In this document: in pieces, positions 55,765 to 64,000 of the stretch
How positions within the stretch are numbered: the first letter of the stretch is position 1
How the letters are laid out: the number at the start of each line of letters is the position of its first letter
Source: Rebecca billardiae RCC1528
Taxonomy: Eukaryota; Protista; Haptophyta
Direction: 5' to 3'
Length of the DNA: 64,000 nt
Assembly: GCA_965240325.2 (NCBI GenBank)
Contig: OZ251243.1
Coordinates: 868,001 to 932,000, forward strand
Position numbers and translations under genes: made by a program
The notes under the pieces: generated by a model
Database searches by the model: none
The model's input: only the letters and a program-made list of their open reading frames with translations
What the model was told of the DNA's origin: nothing

Positions 55765-58488
55765 CCACCGCCGCCGCCACCGCCGCCGCCGCCACCCTTG
55801 CCGCCGGGCCTGCCGCCCTCCCCCCCGCCGCCGCCCACGCCTCCGCAGTCCGAGTGCACGAGCGTGGACGGCGTGGTGCTCTTCGAGCGCCACTGCTACT
55901 TCCACTGGAACGCGAGCCGTCGCACCTGGGCCGACGCGCGCACCGCGTGCATGCGCCTCTTCGCGGGCGGCGACCTTGTCAGCATCCGCTCCGCCGCGGA
56001 GAACACGTTTGTGCACGAGCGATTGGTGCAGCCGGCGGGCGACGGCAGCGGCGCGTGGATCGGCGCGACCGACGGCGGTCTCGAGGGAGACTGGCGCTGG
56101 GTGGACACCTGGGAGCGCCTCGACGACACCTTCTCCCAATGGGCCTCGGGCCAGCCCAATAACAACTTTGGCTGGGCGGGCGGCCAGGTGCGGCGCGCGC
56201 GGCGCGCGCTCGTGCCGCGCGGCGCCGCCTGCCGCGCGGGGCGCCGGGCTCGGCCGTGCGCCCTCGAGCTCGCGCCGGCGCCTCGGCGAGCGACGGCGCG
56301 CGCGCTCACCTCGCGCCCGTGCCCGGCCACCGTCCGCCGCGGCGGCGCCCGCGCTCCTCGCCGCCGCGCGCGCGCCGCGCCCACTGCAGCACTGCGCGGA
56401 GATGGGCGAGCAGTCGTCCGGCGGGCCAGAGCACGGCGACACGAGCTGCTCGTCGCCGCGCTGGTTCGTGTGCAAGGCGGCGTCGACGCAGCCCGCCCCG
56501 CCGCCCTTGCCGCCGCAGCCTCTCCCGCCGCCGCCGCCGCCCGCGCCGCCCAGCTCGCCGCCGCTGCCCCACGGCTGCGAGCCGTTTCCGGATTCTTCCC
56601 CGCGTGTCTTCACTGACGTGCTCGCGGGCTCGGCGTGCACGAACACGGGCTCGAACGACCAGCTGTGGGCGCTGACGCTGCGGCGCGCCGAGTCGGCGCG
56701 CGGCGCGCTGAGCATCGAGTGGGCCTTCTTCCCCTCCAGCTCGGGCAGCTACACGGAGAACAACGGGATCGCGATCAAGATCTTGATCTCGTGGGATGGC
56801 GGCGCGTCTTATGAGTCGGTGCTGGAGCGCGTGTACCCGCCCGGGGCGGGCCTGATGCTCGACGCGATGAACGCGGACTCGGCGGTGTACACGCTGCCGC
56901 GCGAGCGCTGCGGCGCCATCTCAGCCGTCGTGCGCGTCGCGCTCGAGGACCGCGCGAGCTCGAGCCACACCGTGGAGGGCGAGTGCGGCGGATGGAGCGG
57001 CGGCGGGCCGCACTACGACAATCTTGAGGGCGAGCTCGAGATTGCGATCTTCACGCCGCCCTCGCCGCCCTCGCCGCCGGTGTGCGGCGCGGTGGCGATC
57101 GCGCCCGACCCGACGCGCTTCGCCTCCCTCCTCCCCGCCTCGCCCTGCGCGCGCTCCACCTCGGAGGACCGCCTCGAGTGGCTGGAGCTCGGCTCGGGCG
57201 GCGCGCCGGGCGAGGTCGAGGCGCGCTGGGCGTTCGTGCCGTCGACCGCGGGCGCGTGGTCGGAGCACTACGGGATCTCGGTGCGGCTGCTCGTGGCGTA
57301 CGCGGGCGGCGCGTGGCGGGAGCTGCTCGCGCGCACGTACGGCCCCTCCACCCTCAGCTACGACCAGACCAACCACGACGACTTCGCCTTCCGCGTCGAG
57401 CCGGGCGCGTGCGGCGGCGCGGTGGCCGTGCGACTGGCGTTGCAGGACCGCTCGAGCATCGACGACCGCGTGCTGGGCGAGTGCGCGTCGGGCGCGTCGT
57501 CCGGGCACGGGTACGACAACCTGGAGGGCGAGTTTGAGCTGAGCTACTTCGGCCCGCCGCTCCCCGCCAGCCCGCCCTCGCCGCCCACCCCGCCGCCCGT
57601 CGTCGCGTGCGGCGCCTACTCCGAGCTCGGCAGCGCCGACCGGGCGGCCACGTTTGCGAGTACCGCTGGCCTGTGCGACCAGCCCGGCTCGGACCCGGAG
57701 TGGCAGGGGCCGGGGTGGTACCGCTTCGTGGGCGACGCGGGCATGGCGATGCGCGCGAGCGCGCTCGGCTCCACAGCCGTCTGCGGCACCGCCAGCCCCG
57801 GCTGGCTGAGCGGCGGGCACCCGGGTGCAGGTGACGGCGCCGTGTGGCGCGCGGTCTGCTTCGAGGGCGGCGCGGGCGCGTGCGTTTCGTCGGTGCCCGT
57901 GCAGGTGCTGCGCTGCCCGGGCGGGTTCTACCTGTACGAGCTACCCGACGTGCCGGCGTGCGAGCAGCGGTACTGCGGCGACGGCGCGAGCGTGCAGCCG
58001 CCCTCGCCGCCCGCGCCGCCCTCGCCGCCCGCACTCCCGCCCAGCCCGCCCGCGCCGCCCGCCCGCGCCGAGTGCGAGCCCGGGGGCCACGTGGTGCTCA
58101 CCGACGCCGCCCGCTCGGCCGGGCAGCGCTCCGAGGGCGGGAGCGGGTGCGACCAGCTCGGCTCGGGGTACGACGCGTACTACGACGAGAACCTCGGCTG
58201 GGAGGGCGCGGGCTGGTACCGCTTCAGCGGGCAGGCCGGCAGCGCGCTCGCGACGTCCGTTCCGGCCGCCGACACGTGCGGCGCCGCGGCCGGCGGCTGG
58301 CTCGACGGCACTCACCCGTCGGTGGCCGACGGGATCGTCGACCGGACGGTGTGCTTCCACCACGACGGGGACGCGTGCTTCTACTCGACGCCCGTCCGCG
58401 TGCTCACCTGCGCCGAGGGCTTCCCCCTCTACGAGCTGCCCGAGGCGCCGGCGTGCGACCTGCGCTACTGCGGCGATGGCGACGCGCG

Positions 58489-58523
<35 letters not shown>

Positions 58524-60990
58524 TCGTCGGCCCACCGGCAAGCCCGCCGCCGCCGTTCCCGCCGCCGTCGCCGCCACCGCCGCCGCGGCTCGCGTGCGAC
58601 GCCGTGCCCGACCACCACACGCTCGATCGCAAGTGCTTCGTCGCGTACGACGAGCCACTGACCTGGGCCGACGCGCGCGCGGCGTGCCAGGCGCGCATCG
58701 CCGGCGGCGATCTCGCCGTGATCTCGTCGTCGTCCGAGAACGGCTTCGTCTTCTCCGTCGTGCTCGCCGGCGTGGACCTGAGCCCGGGCGGCGCGTGGCT
58801 GGGCGCGACCGACATGGACTCGGAGGGCTACTTCTTCTGGCTCGACGGGCAGCGCGTCGACACCTCCTTCTCCACGTGGGCGTCGGGCGAGCCGAACGAC
58901 TACGGCGCGGGCGAGGACTGCGTGCTGATTGGCTCAGGCGGCTCGAGCCAGCACAACGACATGGCGTGCGGCGCGGAGCTGCCGTTCGTGTGCGCGGCGG
59001 CGCTCGCGCTGCCGTTCGAGCCGCCGCCGTCGCCGAGCACGCCGCCGCCGCCGAGCACGCCGCCGCCGCCGCCGGCCGTCCCGCCGCCGCCGCTCGCACT
59101 GTGCACCGAGCTCGAGGGGTCGGTGCGGCACAACGAGCGCTGCTGGCTGCGTGTCGGCGCGCGGCTCAACTGGGCGGCTGCGCGCGCGTACTGCCTGCGC
59201 GCGTTCGTGGGCGGCGACCTGGTGAAGCTCGAGTCGATCGAGGAGAACGACTGGCTGTGGGAGACGATCGTCCAGCCCGCAGCCGACGGCGGCGCGTGGC
59301 TCGGACTCACCGACGGCGGCACCGAGGGCGACTGGCGCTGGATCCGGGATTGGAGCAAGCTCGACGCCGACTTCGCGCGGAACCGCTGGAGCGGCTCGGA
59401 GCCGAGCAACGGGGGCGACGCGGAGCACTGCGCCGAGCTCGGCGACTGGACGGGCGACAAGCACTGGAACGATCGCACGTGCAACGGCGAGCTCCCGTTC
59501 GTCTGCCAGGCGGCCATCACGACGCCGCGGCCGCCGCCGAGCCCGCCGAGCCCGCCGACGCCGCCGAGCCCGCCGTCGCCGCCGCCGAGCCCGGACTGCA
59601 CGCTGGTGAGCGGCGTGGTGCAGCGCGAGGACGGCGCGTGCTACGTGCTCTACGACGAGGCGCTGCCGTGGGCGGAGGCGCGCGCCGCGTGCCGCGCGCG
59701 CATGCTCTCCGGCGACCTCGTCTCGATCAAGTCGGCCGAGGAGAACGCATGGATCTTCACCGAGCTCGTGCAGCCGGCCAGCCCGCCGGGCGGAACTGTT
59801 TGGATCGGCGCAAACGACCTCGAGGACGAGGGCGTGTGGCGCTGGGCGGACGGCAGCGCGCTCGAGGACACGTTCTCGCGGTGGCGCTCGGGCCAGCCGA
59901 ACAACCACGACCGCGGGCAGGACTGCGCCGAGATGGGATCGAGCGGAGACGAGTTCCACAGCGACGAGGAGTGTTCTGAGCTGAAAGCGTTTGTGTGCAA
60001 GGCGGTGACGACGCTGCCGCGCCCGCCGCCCTCGCCGCCGTCCTCGCCGCCCTCGCCGCCGCGCCCGCCCTCGCCGCCGGCGCAGCTGGTCGCGCTGTTC
60101 ATCCGCGCGGACAACTACCCATCCGACACCACCTGGCAGCTGTACGATCTCGCCGATCTCGGCGGCGGCGCGCTGCAGAGCGGCGGGCTGACCGGCGTGG
60201 GCGGCGGCGGCACGCGCGATTGGGCGCTCGCGCTGCGCGAGGGTGTGTACCGGCTGATCGTGCGCGACAGCTACGGCGACGGGCTGTGCTGCGGCGAGGG
60301 CGACGGCCGGTGGGAGCTGCGCGTCGCCGGCGAGGTCGTCGGCAGCGGCGCCCAGTTCACGCGCGAGGACGTCGTCGACTTTGCGGTCGGCCGCGCGCCG
60401 CCGCCGCCGCCCGCGCCGCCGTCGGCGCCGCCGCCGCTGCCCTCGCCGCCGCCCGCGCCGCACAGCCCGCCGCTGCCGCCGCGCGCGCCGCCGCCGCCCT
60501 CGCCGCCGCCCAAGCTGCCGATGCCGCCACCCTCGCCGCCCGGCCAGGTCCTCACCATCTCGATCACCGCCGACGACTACCCAGAGGAGAGCGCGTGGCG
60601 CGTGTTCAGGAGGCCAGACCTTGAGACTCCGCTCGCGTTTGGCGCACCCGATGGCAGCGGCAGCTACTACGGCGCCGGCGGCGCCGAGGCGCAGGAGTGG
60701 ACGGTGGCGCTGCCGGTCGGGCTGTACACGTTCGAGCTGTCTGACTCGTGCGCGCAGCGCCGCGCGCGACCGCGCCCGCTCGCGCCGCGCGCGCCGCTCG
60801 CCGCCGCTCACCCGCGCCGCGTGCGCCGCCTCGGCGCGCCCGCGCCGCGGCGCCGCGCAGCTATGGTGACGGCATCTGCTGCTGCTGCGGCGACGGCGGG
60901 TACGAGCTGCTGCTCGACGGCGTTGCCTTCTACACGTCCGACGGCGTGTTCCGCTACAAGCAGCGGGTGCAGTTCTCCGTCGGCACGGCG

Positions 60991-61025
<35 letters not shown>

Positions 61026-62925
61026 CGACCCGCCGCCGCCGCCCTCGCCCCTCACACCAGAGTGTGAGGCGTTGGCCGGCTCCATCGTCCGCGGCGGCTC
61101 GTGCTACCTGCTCGGCGGCAGCGCGCGCTCGTGGGCGCAGGCGCGCGAGTACTGCGCCGGGCTGATGCGAGACGCGGACCTGCCCACCGTCGAGACGTCG
61201 GACGAGAACCAATGGCTGTGGGACACGTTTGGCGAGGCGGCGGGCGGGCTCTGGCTTGGCGCGACCGACCAGAATTCGGAGGGCGTGTGGGAGTGGGCGC
61301 GGGACGGCATGCCGCTCTTCTTCGGCTTCGAGGGCTGGGCGCCGACCGAGCCGAACAACAACGGGTACTACGGCGAGGACTGCGCCGAGATGGGAGGGAA
61401 CACGGGCGCGCCGACCTGGAACGACGAGGCCTGCAGCGCCAGCCTGCCGTTCGTGTGCGAGGCGCGCTCGTCAGAGCCGAAGCCACCGCCCGCGCCGCCC
61501 GCGCCGCCGCCCACGCCGCCCGCGCCGCCGCCCCGCTCGCCGCCGCCCATGCCGCCGCCGAGCCCGCCGCCGAGCCCGCCGCCGCCCTCGCCGCCGCCGC
61601 CCGCGCCGCCGCCCTCGCCGCCGCCCAGCTCGCCACCCTCGCCGCCGCCCGCGCCGCCGCCCGCGCCGCCGCCCTCGCCGCCGCCCGCGTCGCCGCCCTC
61701 GCCGCCGCCCGCGCCGCCGCCCTCGCCGCCGCCCGCGCCGCCGCCGCCGCTGCCGCCGCCCTCGCCGCCGCCCTCGCCGCCGCCGCCCTCGCCGCCGCCG
61801 CCCTCCTCCTCCATCGTCGCGCTCATCCCGCGCGAGGACCTCTTCGACCCCGCGGGCGGCGAGCTTCTCATCATCCAGGGCACGCACTTTGGCGACACGA
61901 CGTGCGACCCGCCGTGCGCCGAGCTGAGCATCCGGATCGGCGCCGAGCTGTGCCTGGAGCCCGGCCGGCTGACGGCGGAGTACGCCTGGTGCACGACGCC
62001 GCCGTCGACGGACGACGGCACGGGCAGCCAGCTCGAGCTCGTCGTCACGCGCGCCGACGGCGTCGAGGCGTCCTACCCGAGCGGCTTCAAGTACCGCGCG
62101 CTGTGCCGCGCGGGCGAGCGCCTGCTGGGCCGGCTGTGCGAGCCGTGCCCGATCGGGACGTACCGGCTCGCCTCGTCGGAGGACGAGGAGTCGTGCCTCT
62201 CGTGCAAGGACAACCGGCTGCTCGACCCGGTGATGATCACGCGCGAGCCCGGCGCCAAGTCCGCCGACGAGTGCGTGTGCCCGCAGGGCATGTACGAGCG
62301 AGCGCTCGGCGGCGGCGTGCGCGGCTGCTTCGGGTGCAACTCGTCGACGTCATGCGAGACTGAGGGGACGACGGTGCAGAGCATCGAGGTGCGCTCGGGC
62401 TTCTGGCGCGCGGGCCGCGAGACGACCGACATCCGGCGCTGCCCGCGCGGCTCGCGCGCGTGCGTCGGCGGCAACGAGGCCACCAACGAGGTGGAGGGCT
62501 CGCTGTGCGCGCCGCACCGCACCGGCGCATACTGCGACGCTTGCGCAAAGCATTACTACGTCGGCGACGGCGGCGACTGCGTGCGCTGCCCCGTGCCCTC
62601 GCCGAGCGCGCGGGTCGCCGGGGTCGCCGCGCCGCTCGCCAGCGTCTGCCTCCTCATCCTGCTCTGGCACACGCGCGCGTACAAGGCGCTCGGCGCCGCG
62701 GGCGGCTCGGACGGCGTCTCGTCGGCCAAGAGGCTGCTCGGGGAGTTTATCACGCCCGGAGCGATCGCGTCTGCCAAGGTGGCCTTCCGCGCGACGCTGG
62801 CGTTCCTGCAGCTCGTGCTGCTCGTCTCGCGCGTGTACTCGGTCACGCTGCCCGCCAACTTTGAGGCGGTGCTCGAGCGCTTCCGATTCCTCTCGCTGGA
62901 CAAGCTGGTGTGTGCGTGCGTGTGC

Positions 62926-62964
<39 letters not shown>

Positions 62965-63682
62965 TGTGTGCGTGCGTGCGCGTGTGCGTGCGTGTGTGCG
63001 TGCGTGCGTGTGTGTGCGTGTGTGCGTGTGTGCGCGCGCGCGTTCTTGCGTGCGTGCGCGCGCGCATGCGTGCTGCTGTGTGCTCCCGTGGCAGGGCCTG
63101 ACGCTCACCGCCCGCCCGCCCACACCCGCCCGCCCGCGCTCCCGCGCCCCGCGCGCGTCCGTCCGCGTCCGCGCGTGCGCGCGCTCGCGCGTGCGCTCGC
63201 TCCCGGCGCGCGCGCGCAGTACGTGCGAGGGCTCTCGTGCTACACGATCTGGGAGGGCTTCCACACCAACCTGTACGCCCTGGCGCTCGCGCCGTTCGCG
63301 CTGGGCGCGCTCACGCTCGCGGCGTGGGCGCTGCACGTGGGCTGGGTGCAGGGGGTGCAGGGGGCGCAGGAGGCCGCGAGCGCGCTCGCCGCGCGCGTGC
63401 GCGCTCGGCGCACGGCCCCTGTCGGTCCGGATGATCCGGATGCTGCGCAGGCCGCCTCGTTCGAGGCTGGCTCGTTCGAGGCCGCCGCGCCGCCCGCGGG
63501 TTCGTTCGAGAGGCCGCAGGCACACGCCGCGACGGCGGGCGCGGCCAAGGGCGGCCTTCAGCAGCTGTGGCGGGGCGCGAACGCGCCGGGCGGCGCCGAC
63601 GCGCCGCAGAGCTCGCCGGTCGTCGCCTTCGACGACACTGACCCCGTGGCGACGCCCGCGCCGGCCGAGTCCACTGGCGGAG

Positions 63683-63715
<33 letters not shown>

Positions 63716-64000
63716 CGCCGTCGTCGCCGCCGCCGCGCGCCGGCGCTGGCACGTCGCCCCTCCTCAGGCCGCCCGTGCCGAGCTCGCCGCCGCCCGCACC
63801 GGGCGCCTCGCCCGCCGGCTCGGCGGGCGGCAGCGTCCCCTCCTCGCCCGCGCCGTCGATAGGCCTGCTCGCCGCGCGCGAGGGCGGCGCGGAGCCGCCG
63901 GCCGCCGCGACGCCGGACCAGCTGCTCTTCTCGCAGGCGGTGCTCCGGCCCTTCCTCCTCGCGGCGTACTTTGTCCTGCCCACCGCCTCGGCGACGGTCT
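55630..64000 (+). CDS. Giant cell-surface multi-pass protein: 5 C-type lectin domains, 2 D8C (UMOD/GP2-like) domains, 2 unknown repeats, 2 DSYGDGxCC domains, IPT-like and Cys-rich modules, Ser-Pro linkers; 3'-incomplete
   Basis: Signal peptide; introns 56188-56389, 60748-60860, 62908-63219; WIG/WLG..W..W...[EQ]P[NS]..C motifs; GWYRF..CG...GWL.G.HP..VCF..RYC twice; TM helices after ~62610. Confidence 0.88.
62908..63075. repeat. Intronic (GTGC)n/(GT)n alternating purine-pyrimidine microsatellite
   Basis: About 165 bp of gtgc/gt repeats starting at the splice donor. Confidence 0.92.

Noticed and set aside
57844-60811. Long Arg/Ala-rich overlapping ORFs here and throughout the ORF track
   Set aside because: Expected off-frame artefacts of very high GC content; no domain motifs.

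Overview
Very GC-rich eukaryotic DNA with short GT-AG introns (GTGCG...CGCAG) and several bipartite signal+transit peptides. This suggests a secondary-plastid alga, most likely a pavlovophyte haptophyte (inference only). About 19 genes are present, mostly in tight head-to-head pairs: YbaB/EbfC, CHORD protein, PAO-like Rieske oxygenase, a WW-WW-FYVE-ARM-P/Q protein, an EsV-1-7 zinc-repeat array protein, an H1-like/EF-hand protein, a coiled-coil protein, TCAIM-like, VPS29, two sulfotransferase-like proteins, a fucosyltransferase-like protein, GPC1, an FCP1-like phosphatase, a lumenal TAT protein, an esterase, ABC1K, a PHO80-type cyclin and a giant C-type-lectin/D8C membrane protein. The 15.7-48.4 kb region is rich in non-autonomous DNA elements: two Helentron/Helitron2-like elements with shared ends but different cargo, an inverted pair of 1.9-kb TIR elements, a foldback element, a decayed pogo-type element, a MITE and solo TIRs. 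The leading candidates for new biology are (1) a 20-unit, near-identical C3H zinc-repeat array with hypervariable positions and an NLS, organised like TALE/PRDM9, and (2) a cargo-carrying element family ending in hairpin+CATATAT.
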